From Clostridium sp. 'White wine YQ' (GTDB taxonomy: Bacteria > Bacillota > Clostridia > Clostridiales > Clostridiaceae), in assembly GCF_028728205.1 (NCBI RefSeq), contig NZ_JAQYUU010000001.1, positions 421,318 through 485,317 of the forward strand: DNA of 64,000 nt, given 5' to 3'. Positions within the stretch are counted from its first letter, which is position 1, and every line of letters begins with the position of its first letter. The position numbers and the translations under genes are program-made. Positions 29,290 to 39,562 of this stretch are shown here, one piece after another. The notes beneath the pieces are model-generated. The model did no database searches, was not told the DNA's origin, and saw nothing but the letters and a program-made list of their open reading frames with translations.

Positions 29290-29321
29290 TATAACTTTAA
29301 ATTCTCTTGAGGAGGAAGTGT

Positions 29322-29783
29322 ATGAAATATGGAATAGATATTGAAAATCGCTATTTAAGAAATAAAATTGCCAAAGAGTTAAGGGAAAAAGACCACGTTG
29401 TCATAATTATGAATGATATTGAGTACTCAGGTTTTGGTGATATGTTACTTAAAAAGGTAATCTTAGCTAATCAATCAAAGGTTGATATCTATCTATATTT
29501 AAATCTCGTAGAAGGTGATGAGGAGTCATTAAGAATATTTGGAGATGGCAGTAGTCTTTCAAAAAGGTTCTATGAAAAATTTACTTATGAAAAAGAAAAG
29601 ATAAATTTCAAGGTTTCAGATTATAAAAAAGACATGAGTTATTATATTGTAGCGAATATAGAAAATAGCGTCGTGTGCGTTGAAGTAATGACAAAAAGGG
29701 GAATTTCTTTGTGGGAGATTGAACCTTATATCAGTAAAGCATTGCTTGATATAAGCAAGGATTGGGAGGGAATTATAGGGTAG
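29322..29783 (+). CDS. hypothetical protein (154 aa)
   Basis: GGAGGAAG RBS 3 nt before ATG 29322. The track TTG start at 29307 lies inside the RBS. Confidence 0.45.
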   Translation: MKYGIDIENRYLRNKIAKELREKDHVVIIMNDIEYSGFGDMLLKKVILANQSKVDIYLYLNLVEGDEESLRIFGDGSSLSKRFYEKFTYEKEKINFKVSDYKKDMSYYIVANIENSVVCVEVMTKRGISLWEIEPYISKALLDISKDWEGIIG

Positions 29784-29880
29784 AAGTACTTTATAGTCTC
29801 TCCCTTTTAATATAATTTAATGAATAAAATTTAGTTTTAAATTATAGGATTAAAAAAGAAGTAATTTTTAAGGGGTAATT

Positions 29881-30885
29881 ATGGATATAATTTGTACAGT
29901 AGCACCAAATACATTAGAAAAAACAACATTAAATAAATTAAGAAATTCAGGTGGAAATATAATCAGGTTAAATTTCTCCCACTTTAGTGAAGATTTCTTT
30001 AGGGAAATAGTAAAGAAAATAAGAAAAGAGGGTATTAGTGTCAACATTTTAGGTGATATACAAGGAAGTAAAATAAGGGTGTGGAGTGAAATGCAAAGGC
30101 CAATTAGACTTTTGCATAAGGAACTAATTAAAATATGTTCCTATGAAAAATATAAGGAATTAATATCATTAGAGGAAAAACTAATTCCTCTTAATTTGAA
30201 TATAGATAATTTTAAGAAGATCACTTCTAGGGAAATAACATTTCAAGATGGTGCAATAAATCTTCAAATAGTAAATAAAAATGAAGATTTTTTGATTGGA
30301 AAGGTTAAAAGAGGAGGAATTGTTAGGGCAGAAAAAAGCTGTAATATTAAAGGGTATATAAGAGAGGAGAAAAGTATCAGTACTAAAGATAAACGAGATA
30401 TTGATTTTTGTTTAGAAGAAGAGCTGAATATAATTGCCTTATCTTATATAGAAAGCAAAGAGGGGCTTTTAAAATATAAAAACTATATCTTAAATAAGTC
30501 AAAAGAAATGGGAAAAGTCCTTCCTAAATTATATGCTAAAATAGAAACTTTTAAGGGTGTTGAAAATATAAAAAGTATATCAGAAGAATGTGACGGCATT
30601 ATTATCGCAAGAGGAGATTTGGTGCCAGAGGTTGGGATAAACAATATACCTATTATACAAAGAATGATATTTAAAAGATGTAAATCCAGGGAATTGATAG
30701 TAGCTACTCATTTATTAGATTCTTTAGTTAAAGGGAAAGAAGTATCTCCAGCAGAAGTGGATGATATTTATTGGTTTATTAAAAATGGAGCAACAGGATT
30801 TTTGTTAGCAAAAGAAACAACAATAACTGATGATCCATCAAAAGCAGTAAATATAATAAATAAGTTAATTAATAAATATTCATAA
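29881..30885 (+). CDS. pyruvate-kinase-like barrel-domain protein lacking the C-terminal regulatory domain
   Basis: IICTVAPNT...IRLNFSHF...ILGDIQGSKIRVW and ...IIIARGDLVPEVG...ATHLLDSL...GATGFLLAKETT resemble the PK A-domain blocks, but the protein is only 334 aa. Confidence 0.6.
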   Translation: MDIICTVAPNTLEKTTLNKLRNSGGNIIRLNFSHFSEDFFREIVKKIRKEGISVNILGDIQGSKIRVWSEMQRPIRLLHKELIKICSYEKYKELISLEEKLIPLNLNIDNFKKITSREITFQDGAINLQIVNKNEDFLIGKVKRGGIVRAEKSCNIKGYIREEKSISTKDKRDIDFCLEEELNIIALSYIESKEGLLKYKNYILNKSKEMGKVLPKLYAKIETFKGVENIKSISEECDGIIIARGDLVPEVGINNIPIIQRMIFKRCKSRELIVATHLLDSLVKGKEVSPAEVDDIYWFIKNGATGFLLAKETTITDDPSKAVNIINKLINKYS

Positions 30886-30949
30886 TTTGTAAATAGAAAA
30901 TTTATACAATGATGATATAATAAGTATATTAATTAAGGGGGGAGAATAA

Positions 30950-33052
30950 ATGACAGACATAATTTTTTGGGTAGTTGGATGCATTGTAGGTATTTTTTTA
31001 TTATGGTTTCTAATATTTAGGGTATTAGGGCTTACAATAATCAAAAGTGATGAAGTAGGAATAGTAGAAATTTGGCTTGGTAGAAAAAAAGGACAGAAGG
31101 ATAATAACTCAGTTATTTCTCTTAATGGAGAAGCTGGATATCAGCCAGATTTATTAAAACCAGGAATTCATCTAAGATCAGTATTTAAATACAAAATTCA
31201 TAGACAAAAGCTTATTACTATTCCACAAGGACAAATTGGGTATGTTTTTGCTCGTGACGGAGAAGCTTTAAAGCCATCTCAATCTCTGGGAAAAATAATA
31301 GATTCATGCAATAATTTTCAAAGTGTTAGAGCATTCTTAGAAAATGGTGGTCAAAAAGGACCTCAAAGAGGAATACTAAGAGAAGGTACTTATGCTTTTA
31401 ATACAGCACAATTCATAATTATAACTGAAAGTCAGATTTATTATTTACCTATTGGTAATGATGATAAAGCTTCAGTTATGGGAATGGCAAATGATATATG
31501 GAATAAGAGTAATCCAAATCCATATGCAAATGGGTTTAGACCAATAGTTATTGAAGGTGAAAGTGATCTAGTAGGAGTTGTAACTACAAAAGACGGTCCA
31601 TCTTTACCAGAAGGAGATATAATAGCCCCAGTTGTAGGAAATGACAAAAACTTAAAAGAAATCTATCACAATAATTTTCAGGATATTGAAAAGTTCTTAG
31701 CAGCTGGAGGATATAGAGGTAGACAACTTCAAGTAATTACAGATGGTAAGTACTATATAAATAGACTGTTTGCATCAGTAGAATTAGTTAAAAAGACAAT
31801 AATTGATGTGGGATATGTTGGAGTAGTTAACTCCTTTACAGGTGCAAAAGGAAAAGACCAGTCTGATGTAACTTATACTCATGGAGAATTGGTTGCAAGT
31901 AGTGAAAGAGGTGTATGGAAAGAACCGTTAATGGCTGGTAAATATGCTTTGAATCCATATGCAATCAAGGTATTTCCAGTTCCAACTACAAACTTTATTT
32001 TAAAATGGAATAGTAAAGAGAATGGAAAGTTACAATATGATAGTAATTTAAAGGAAGTAAGCTTAATAACTAAGGATGCCTTTGAACCATTATTACCACT
32101 ATCAGTTGTAGTGCATATAGACTATAAGAAAGCTCCGCTTGTAATTCAAAGATTTGGTGATATTAAAATGCTTGTTGAGCAGACTTTAGATCCACTAATA
32201 GGAACTTATTTTAAAAATATTGGACAGACTAAGACCTTAATTGAGCTAGTTCAAAATAGAACAGAGATACAACTATTAGCCACTGAGGCTATGAAAGAAA
32301 AATTCGAAAAATACAATCTTGAACTTGAAGAGGTATTAGTAGGAACTCCTTCAGGAGAAAAAGATCCTCGTATTGAAGATATGTTAACTCAGTTAAGAGA
32401 TAGACAAATAGCAAGAGAAAAAATAGAAACCTATAAGAGTCAAAAAGATGCAGCAGACATGGAAAAAACTTTAAGAGAAGCAGAAGCTGTAGCTAAGCAA
32501 CAAACCATGAAAACAGAATCTTTAATTAATATTGAAATTCAGGCTAACCAAGGTAAAGCAGAACTTGAAAGATCTATTCAAGAAGCTAAGAAAATAGAAA
32601 CTATAGCAATGGCAAATGCCAATAAAACTAAGTTCGAAGCTGAAGCTCAAGCTGAACTTGAAGCAAGGGTAGGTATAGGTAAAGCTATAGCTATCGAAGA
32701 ACAAGTTAGAGCATACGGTGGACCACAATATCAAGTTACTCAAGATGTAATGGACAAATTCACAAAAGCAATAGCAACATCAGGAATTGATATAGTTCCT
32801 AAGAATGTTATTACTATGGGAAATAGTGCTGAAAATGGACATGTAGATGCTGTTCAAAGCTTGCTAACTGTACTACTAAGCAAAGAAATTGGCGTTGAAT
32901 ATAAACCTAATGAAAATCACAATATTGTAGTGGAAGAAATTAAGAAATCCATTATTGAAACCATAAACTCAAAGGACAAAGACAAAAAGGAAAGTAAAGA
33001 AGTAAGAGAAGAAAGTGAGCAAACTATAACTACAAAAGACATTAAAGAATAA
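30950..33052 (+). CDS. SPFH/band-7 (flotillin-like) membrane protein with a long coiled-coil C-terminus
   Basis: N-terminal TM helix, SPFH-like core, then ~250 aa rich in E/K/A/Q (EAEAQAELEARVGIGKAIAIEEQ). 700 aa. Confidence 0.7.
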   Translation: MTDIIFWVVGCIVGIFLLWFLIFRVLGLTIIKSDEVGIVEIWLGRKKGQKDNNSVISLNGEAGYQPDLLKPGIHLRSVFKYKIHRQKLITIPQGQIGYVFARDGEALKPSQSLGKIIDSCNNFQSVRAFLENGGQKGPQRGILREGTYAFNTAQFIIITESQIYYLPIGNDDKASVMGMANDIWNKSNPNPYANGFRPIVIEGESDLVGVVTTKDGPSLPEGDIIAPVVGNDKNLKEIYHNNFQDIEKFLAAGGYRGRQLQVITDGKYYINRLFASVELVKKTIIDVGYVGVVNSFTGAKGKDQSDVTYTHGELVASSERGVWKEPLMAGKYALNPYAIKVFPVPTTNFILKWNSKENGKLQYDSNLKEVSLITKDAFEPLLPLSVVVHIDYKKAPLVIQRFGDIKMLVEQTLDPLIGTYFKNIGQTKTLIELVQNRTEIQLLATEAMKEKFEKYNLELEEVLVGTPSGEKDPRIEDMLTQLRDRQIAREKIETYKSQKDAADMEKTLREAEAVAKQQTMKTESLINIEIQANQGKAELERSIQEAKKIETIAMANANKTKFEAEAQAELEARVGIGKAIAIEEQVRAYGGPQYQVTQDVMDKFTKAIATSGIDIVPKNVITMGNSAENGHVDAVQSLLTVLLSKEIGVEYKPNENHNIVVEEIKKSIIETINSKDKDKKESKEVREESEQTITTKDIKE

Positions 33053-33168
33053 ATAAAAAGAGGATATCTAAAAATAGCTTTAAGATATCCTCTTTCTATA
33101 TTTTAACATGAAATTACAAGTTAATATTGCATTAACATAAAAGATGTGATAATATATTTAAGTGCCTT

Positions 33169-33253
33169 GCTGATGTGGCGGAATGGCAGACGCAGTGGAC
33201 TCAAAATCCACCGACCACAAATCGTGAGGGTTCGAGTCCCTCCATCAGCACCA
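33169..33253 (+). tRNA. tRNA-Leu (anticodon CAA)
   Basis: Acceptor stem GCTGATG/CATCAGC, anticodon loop CTCAAAA, long variable arm, TPsiC arm GGTTCGAGTCC, encoded CCA. Confidence 0.9.
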
Positions 33254-33259
33254 AAAAAA

Positions 33260-33294
33260 GAGAAGTGAATTAATATTCACTTCTCTTTTTTTAT
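33260..33294 (+). terminator. rho-independent terminator after the tRNA
   Basis: AGAGAAGTGAAT taat ATTCACTTCTCT TTTTTTT. Confidence 0.7.
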
Positions 33295-33535
33295 ATCCAT
33301 TTTTAATATGGCTAAATTGCTATGCTAATGTAATATGGACGAGTTTTCCAGTTGGTGATAATATTTTAATTAGAAATAAATATGGTAAGTATAATAGGGT
33401 TGATTAAGAATTGATGTGACAGCTTTAATTTGTTTTATATACTATATAAAACTATAATCAAATGAACAATAGTAAAATATGACGAATTAAGAGATTCACT
33501 TTTAGATTTAAAGTATAAAATCGGAGGAATAAAAA

Positions 33536-33877
33536 ATGAAAATTAGTAAGGATAATGCAGAACACTATATTTGGGGAGGCATATGTGATGGTTGGCATTT
33601 AGTTAAAACTAATGAACTAAGTATTATACATGAGAAGATGCCTTCAAAAACTTCAGAAGTTAGGCATCTTCATCAAAAAGCAAAGCAGTTTTTCTTTGTA
33701 CTGTCCGGACAAGCAACAATAGAACTCAATGAGAAAACTATTTTATTAAATGAGTACGAAGGAATAGAAATATTACCAGGGATTCCTCACCAGATGATGA
33801 ATAATTCAGATTGTGACATAGAATTTGTGGTTGTTTCTACGCCTACAAGTAAAGGTGATAGAATTTTAGTTGAATAG
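33536..33877 (+). CDS. cupin-domain protein
   Basis: 113 aa with a G(X)5HXH(X)n-like block (VRHLHQKA...ILPGIPHQMMN). Confidence 0.55.
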   Translation: MKISKDNAEHYIWGGICDGWHLVKTNELSIIHEKMPSKTSEVRHLHQKAKQFFFVLSGQATIELNEKTILLNEYEGIEILPGIPHQMMNNSDCDIEFVVVSTPTSKGDRILVE

Positions 33878-33923
33878 ATATAATTATAAATTATGTTGCA
33901 CAATTTTCTTATATTGAGCATTA

Positions 33924-33962
33924 TAGCCTTAAAATTTCACCTGAAATTTTAAGGCTATTTTT
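33924..33962. terminator. bidirectional terminator
   Basis: TAGCCTTAAAATTTCA cctga AATTTTAAGGCTA TTTTT. Confidence 0.6.
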
Positions 33963-34003
33963 CAACACTATATTAAAATATAGTCATTTATTTAGATTAA
34001 AGT

Positions 34004-34765
34004 TTAAATTACTCTAATATCCTTAGACTCTAAAACATCTAAAATCTTCTTTTCAGGAAGCTCATCTGTAATGATATTATTTATATCATCTAAAATAGCA
34101 AATCTATATGAACCGTCAAAAATAAACTTAGTATTTTCCATTACTATAAAGGTTTCTTTTGAAGCTTTGATAATAGCTTTTTTAGTGTTACCTTCCTCTA
34201 AATCAAAGTTACTTATGCTGTTATCAAGTACATTAACTCCACAGCTACCTATGAAGGCTTTATCTACTCTATATTTAGAAATATCTAATGAGGCAGCAGA
34301 ACCTACAACCCCTCCAAGAAGTTTGTTATATCTTCCGCCAATGCAAATTAATTCAGTATTAGTATTTTCATTAAAGAGAGTTGAGATCTCTACCATATTT
34401 GTAACTAATGTAACTTTTTTATTTTCTTCAGCTATTAATTTAGCTATCAAAAAATTAATACTGGATATATCTAAAAAAATCATATCCAAGTCATTGATTT
34501 CTTTAAGAGCTTTTCTAGCTATAACTTGTTTTTTATCAGTATTTCTAACAAGCCTAGTTTCAATGCTTGTGCTTTCAGCCTTTTTTCTTTCAAGTATTGC
34601 CCCACCATAAGTTCTCTTCAATTTTCCTTCTTTTTCAAGTCTCTGAAGATCTTTTCTTATCATAGGTTCGGACATGTTAAATTTCGCACTTAAATCTTTA
34701 ACATATACTTTTCCTTGCTCCTCTAATATATTAATAATTGCATTTAATCTTTCTTCTGCAAACAT
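34004..34765 (-). CDS. DeoR-family transcriptional regulator
   Basis: N-terminal DeoR HTH (VKDLSAKFNMSEPMIRKDLQRLEKEG) and a C-terminal DeoR sensor domain; 253 aa. Confidence 0.8.
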   Translation of the reverse strand: MFAEERLNAIINILEEQGKVYVKDLSAKFNMSEPMIRKDLQRLEKEGKLKRTYGGAILERKKAESTSIETRLVRNTDKKQVIARKALKEINDLDMIFLDISSINFLIAKLIAEENKKVTLVTNMVEISTLFNENTNTELICIGGRYNKLLGGVVGSAASLDISKYRVDKAFIGSCGVNVLDNSISNFDLEEGNTKKAIIKASKETFIVMENTKFIFDGSYRFAILDDINNIITDELPEKKILDVLESKDIRVI

Positions 34766-34959
34766 TTAATTCCTCCTTGAGTGATAATGAATGATAAAAT
34801 TTGATAATATACTTATTGTATATTAAATGAAGTTAAAAATAAAGATTATTATAAATAAACCTTATAATAATATATTGACGCAAAAATATTTTAAGAGTAA
34901 AATGATATTGAACAATAACAAGTGATAATGAATGATAATTAGTGAAAGGGTGAGAGAAG

Positions 34960-35859
34960 ATGGAAGCCTTGATTTGCGATATTGAACATTATGCCATACA
35001 TGATGGTCCAGGGATTAGAACAGTGGTTTTCTTAAAAGGTTGTCCTTTAAGGTGCTTGTGGTGTAGTAATCCTGAAACTCAGAGTAGTAAAAATCAATTG
35101 TATTATTCGGATACTAATTGTATTTTATGTGGAAGATGTATAGAAAGTTGTGATGATTTAGCATTAAGTTTAGTAGATGGGAAGATAAAAATAGATCATG
35201 AAAAGTGTACAACCTGCGGCAAATGTATTAAAGCTTGTCCGACTTCATCTCTGAAATTTGTTGCTGAACACATGACAGTTCAGGAGGTTTTTGAAGAGGT
35301 TTACAAAGATGAAGTTTTCTATAGACAATCTTCAGGAGGAATAACAGTTTCTGGGGGAGAAGTACTCATGAATGCTGATTTTGTTATAGAACTACTTACT
35401 AAGTGCAAAGAAAATTATATAAATACTGCCGTTGAGACTTCAGGATATGGAAACGTTGAAAAGTTAAAAGAACTAAGCAAAGTTACAGATACTTTCTTAT
35501 TTGATATAAAGCATACTGATTCACAAATTCATAAAGAGCTAACGGGGGTACCTAATGAAGTTATACTAAATAATCTTAAAGAGCTTTCTAGGCTAAACAA
35601 ACAGATTATTATAAGAATTCCATTAATAACAGGTTTAAATGATGATAAAGAAAACATAGGTAAAACTATTAAAATAGCCAAGGAAAATAATATTAATGAA
35701 ATTCATATTCTTCCTTATCACACCTTAGGAATGGACAAATATAAGAGACTACAGAAGGAATATAAGCTAAAAGATTTAGAAAAAAGAGATTTAAAATATA
35801 TAGAAACTTTAAAGGCTATGGTTGAAGAAGAAAATATAAAATGTATTATAGGGGGATAG
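34960..35859 (+). CDS. glycyl-radical enzyme activating protein (radical SAM)
   Basis: CPLRCLWCSNPE radical-SAM cluster motif plus two ferredoxin-like Cys clusters (CILCGRCIESC, CTTCGKCIKACP). Confidence 0.85.
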   Translation: MEALICDIEHYAIHDGPGIRTVVFLKGCPLRCLWCSNPETQSSKNQLYYSDTNCILCGRCIESCDDLALSLVDGKIKIDHEKCTTCGKCIKACPTSSLKFVAEHMTVQEVFEEVYKDEVFYRQSSGGITVSGGEVLMNADFVIELLTKCKENYINTAVETSGYGNVEKLKELSKVTDTFLFDIKHTDSQIHKELTGVPNEVILNNLKELSRLNKQIIIRIPLITGLNDDKENIGKTIKIAKENNINEIHILPYHTLGMDKYKRLQKEYKLKDLEKRDLKYIETLKAMVEEENIKCIIGG

Positions 35860-35863
35860 AAAA

Positions 35864-38269
35864 ATGAAAAGTTTTGAAATTAAAAGTGAAAGAATTAAAA
35901 AGTTAAGGGAATCTGTTTTATCCCAAACTCCAATGGTGTGCATTGAGCGTGCAAGATATATCACTGAGGCTTATAAAGAAAATGAAGCTCAGCCAATATA
36001 CATTAAAAGGGCTAGAGCAGTAGAAAAAATCTTAAGAAATATGAGCATCTATATTAAAGATGGGGAACTTATAGTAGGTAATCAAGCCTCAGAAGAAAGA
36101 ACTGCACCAATATTTCCAGAGTATGCAGTAGATTGGATGGAGGATGAACTTAATGATAAAGGGAATTTCAATAAGAGAGATGGAGATAACTTTTATCTTC
36201 CAGAGGAACATATAGAAGAACTAAGAGAAATTATAGGTTATTGGAAAGGAAAGACCTTAAAAGATAAGTGTATGGCAGTAATTCCTGAAGAGGTTAAGAA
36301 AGCTTCTGAAATTAAAGTTATACATGGAGAAGGAAATATGACATCTGGGGATGGGCATATAGTACCTGATTTTGAAAAAGCTTTAAAGTTAGGATTGAAT
36401 GGAATTATAAAAGAAGCAGAAGAAAGATTTAATAAAATTGATATAAGTGATGATGATGCATTAAGGGAAATAGCTTTTCTACAATCTATAATTATAATTA
36501 ATAAAAGCATTATAGAATTTGGAGAAAGATATTCAAGGCTTGCATATGAATTAAGTGAAAAAGAGACAGACGAGAAGAAAAAAGAAGAATTAATAAAGAT
36601 ATCAAAAATTTGTAAGAAGGTACCAGGAGATGCTCCAGAAAGTTTTGAAGAAGCTCTTCAAATGATTTGGTTTATTCATTTAGTAATACAAATAGAAAGC
36701 AATGGACACTCTGCATCTCTTGGAAGAGTGGATCAATACTTAAACTCTTATTATATGAAAGATATTAAAGAAGGAATAATCGATAGAGAATATGCCAAAG
36801 AGTTATTACAATGCTTATGGATAAAGCTATATTCAATTCTTAAGATAAGATCAACTTCTCATTCAGGCTATGGGGCAGGATATCCGACTTATCAAAATGT
36901 TACAATTGGAGGAACTAATTCTGACTTTACTGATGCAGTAAATGAATTGAGCTTTTTGATTTTAGAAAGTGTTGGGGAAGCAAAATTAACTCAACCAAAT
37001 CTTTCAGCAAGGGTTCATGCAAATACATCGGAAAGATTTTTAAGAGAATGCGCTGAAGTTATATCCACAGGCTTTGGAATGCCTGCACTTCATAATGATG
37101 ATATAATCATTCCTGCTCTTCTAAACAAAGGTGTATACTACAAAGATGCTTATAACTATACAATGGTAGGTTGTGTTGAAGTAGCTGTTCCAGGAAAATG
37201 GGGCTATAGATGTACAGGAATGACATTCCTTAATTTTATAAAAGCCTTTGAACTTACACTAAATGATGGATTTGATAAAAGAACTGGATATATTCTTAAT
37301 GCAGGAAATGGTTCATTAAAGGATTTTAAAGAATATGAAGATCTTTGGAAAGCTTGGGAGAAGAATATAGAATATTATACAAAATTATCAGTAGTTTCAG
37401 ATAAGGTTGCAGATGTAAATCTATTAGATTATCCAGATATATTCTGCTCTTCATTAATTGATAATTGCATAGAAAGATGTAAAACTATAAAAGAAGGGGG
37501 AGCTGTATATGATATAATTTCAGGGCTTCAAGTTGGACTAGCAAATGCAGCTAATAGTTTTGCAGCTCTTAAGAAATTTGTATATGAGGATAAATTATTT
37601 ACCCTAGAAGAAATAAAAGATGCATTAGATAGCAACTTTGAAGGAGTTAATGGAGAAAGAATAAGAAAAGTATTAGAGGGAGCACCAAAATACGGAAATG
37701 ATAATTCATATGTTGATAATATAGCTGTGGATGTATATGAAACCTATATTAAAGAGATTTCAAAATATAATAATACAAGGTATGGTAAAGGTCCAATAGG
37801 CGGGAATTATGGTTTATCTACATCAGGAATATCTTCTAATGTACCAATGGGATGTGTAACTGGAGCAACCCCTGATGGAAGAAAGGCATGGACTCCAGCT
37901 GCAGAAGGATGTTCACCAGTACAAGGAACAGATACTAAAGGACCAACATCAGTTTTAAAAACTGTATCAAAACTTCCTAATATTCTTATGACTGGCGGTC
38001 AATTATTAAATGTTAGATTTACTCCAAACTTAGTTAATAATGATATTGGATTTGAAAAGTTTATTATGTTTATTAAGAGCTTTATTGCAGTTAAGGGATG
38101 GCATATTCAATTTAATATCATGTCTACAGAAACCTTAAGAAATGCACAAAAGAACCCAGAAGAATATAGAGATATAATAGTTAGAGTTGCGGGATATTGT
38201 GCACAATTTGTAACATTAGATGCTACTACACAAGAAGACATTATAAGCAGAACGGAACAAAGATTTTAA
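35864..38269 (+). CDS. glycyl radical enzyme, dehydratase/lyase clade (Cys-X-Glu active site GCVE), substrate unknown
   Basis: 801 aa; C-terminal glycine-radical fingerprint RVAGYCAQFVTLD; thiyl loop MVGCVEVAVPG. Confidence 0.8.
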   Translation: MKSFEIKSERIKKLRESVLSQTPMVCIERARYITEAYKENEAQPIYIKRARAVEKILRNMSIYIKDGELIVGNQASEERTAPIFPEYAVDWMEDELNDKGNFNKRDGDNFYLPEEHIEELREIIGYWKGKTLKDKCMAVIPEEVKKASEIKVIHGEGNMTSGDGHIVPDFEKALKLGLNGIIKEAEERFNKIDISDDDALREIAFLQSIIIINKSIIEFGERYSRLAYELSEKETDEKKKEELIKISKICKKVPGDAPESFEEALQMIWFIHLVIQIESNGHSASLGRVDQYLNSYYMKDIKEGIIDREYAKELLQCLWIKLYSILKIRSTSHSGYGAGYPTYQNVTIGGTNSDFTDAVNELSFLILESVGEAKLTQPNLSARVHANTSERFLRECAEVISTGFGMPALHNDDIIIPALLNKGVYYKDAYNYTMVGCVEVAVPGKWGYRCTGMTFLNFIKAFELTLNDGFDKRTGYILNAGNGSLKDFKEYEDLWKAWEKNIEYYTKLSVVSDKVADVNLLDYPDIFCSSLIDNCIERCKTIKEGGAVYDIISGLQVGLANAANSFAALKKFVYEDKLFTLEEIKDALDSNFEGVNGERIRKVLEGAPKYGNDNSYVDNIAVDVYETYIKEISKYNNTRYGKGPIGGNYGLSTSGISSNVPMGCVTGATPDGRKAWTPAAEGCSPVQGTDTKGPTSVLKTVSKLPNILMTGGQLLNVRFTPNLVNNDIGFEKFIMFIKSFIAVKGWHIQFNIMSTETLRNAQKNPEEYRDIIVRVAGYCAQFVTLDATTQEDIISRTEQRF

Positions 38270-38276
38270 TAATCTT

Positions 38277-38314
38277 AAAAGCCACTAGAGTAACAATTCT
38301 TTAGTGGCTTTTAT
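38277..38314 (+). terminator. rho-independent terminator
   Basis: AAAAGCCACTAG ... CTAGTGGCTTTT. Confidence 0.65.
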
Positions 38315-38505
38315 ACTTTGTATAAAAGGGCAATAAACTTAGAAAAATGAAATAAAAAGGGTAAGTAATGGTTTAAATTATGTTATTTAGGAGTTTTTAG
38401 ATAATATAGGAGGTTAAATATAAGCATATTAGGTGTATAATTATTATATAGTAATGATTATTAATATCGATTAAATAAATATAATGGAGGATAGGAGGAA
38501 ATATT

Positions 38506-39282
38506 ATGAAAAAAGTTGTTTTGTTAAGACATGGAGAAAGTGTATGGAATAAAGAAAACAGGTTTACAGGCTGGTCAGATGTGGAGCTTTCAGAGAAAGG
38601 CATTGAAGAAGCTAAGAAGGCAGGAGAAATACTTAGAAAAGAGGGTTATAATTTCGATAAAGGATTTTCTTCAGTACTTAAAAGGTCAATTAAGACTTTA
38701 TGGTACGTATTAGATGAATTAGATTTATTATGGATACCAGTAGAAAGATCTTGGAGATTAAACGAGAGACATTATGGAGCACTTCAAGGGCTTAACAAGG
38801 CAGAAACTGCATTGAAATATGGAGACGAACAAGTCCATAAATGGAGAAGAGACTCAGAAGTATATCCACCTGCTTTATCAAAAGATGACGAAAGATACCC
38901 TGGAAATGAAAAAAAATATAGTGAGTTAAAAGAAGAAGAACTACCACTTACTGAAAATTTAAATGACACTATTAAGAGGGTTATACCTTACTGGAATGAA
39001 GTCATAGCACCAGAAGTTAAAAGTGGCAAGAATATAGTAATAGCAGCTCATGGAAATAGTCTTAGAGCTTTAGTTAAGTATTTGGACAATCTATCAAATG
39101 AAGAGGTTACTAATTTAAATATTCCAACAGGAACTCCTTTGGTTTATGAACTTGATGATGAATTAAAACCAATAAGGCATTATTATCTAGGAGATCCTGA
39201 GGAAATTAGGAAAGCAGAAGAAGCAGTTCAAAAACAAGGGGAAGCTGCAAAGGAAGAGGTAGCTAGTTCCATAAGGGTATAA
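38506..39282 (+). CDS. gpmA: 2,3-bisphosphoglycerate-dependent phosphoglycerate mutase
   Basis: [19 protein letters not shown] catalytic His block; 258 aa. Confidence 0.9.
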   Translation: MKKVVLLRHGESVWNKENRFTGWSDVELSEKGIEEAKKAGEILRKEGYNFDKGFSSVLKRSIKTLWYVLDELDLLWIPVERSWRLNERHYGALQGLNKAETALKYGDEQVHKWRRDSEVYPPALSKDDERYPGNEKKYSELKEEELPLTENLNDTIKRVIPYWNEVIAPEVKSGKNIVIAAHGNSLRALVKYLDNLSNEEVTNLNIPTGTPLVYELDDELKPIRHYYLGDPEEIRKAEEAVQKQGEAAKEEVASSIRV

Positions 39283-39562
39283 AATTATCACAAGAAAAGA
39301 GCAGCAAAAAAAGTTAGTAAATGCTCCTTGGAAAATAGGAAATTATCACCACAACTGCCTAGATAATGAAATTTAATTAATACAGAGAATTCTCTTAAAA
39401 TGAGATTTTCTGTATTTTTTTATGGGAAATATTATCTTATGCATCATGACGAAAAAAGAAGAAAAATGAAGAAGAAACAATAAAGAAAAGTAGATAAACA
39501 TACGATAATAATAATATAAATTGCAAGATATAGAAGAAAAATCCTTTGTGGGGAGTGATGAA

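Noticed and set aside
29881-30885. Calling 29881-30885 the glycolytic pyruvate kinase
   Set aside because: Only the catalytic barrel is present (334 aa versus about 470-590); no C-terminal domain. Labelled PK-like of unknown function instead.
34071-34610. 179-aa plus-strand ORF opposite the DeoR regulator
   Set aside because: The DeoR reading frame on the other strand has clear family motifs; this one is low-complexity and lacks an RBS.
36238-36510. ORFs antisense to the GRE, the nucleotidase and the GGGtGRT gene (36238-36510, 43497-43802, 44376-44645, 47750-48004)
   Set aside because: All are embedded in strongly supported sense genes and are typical AT-rich shadow frames.
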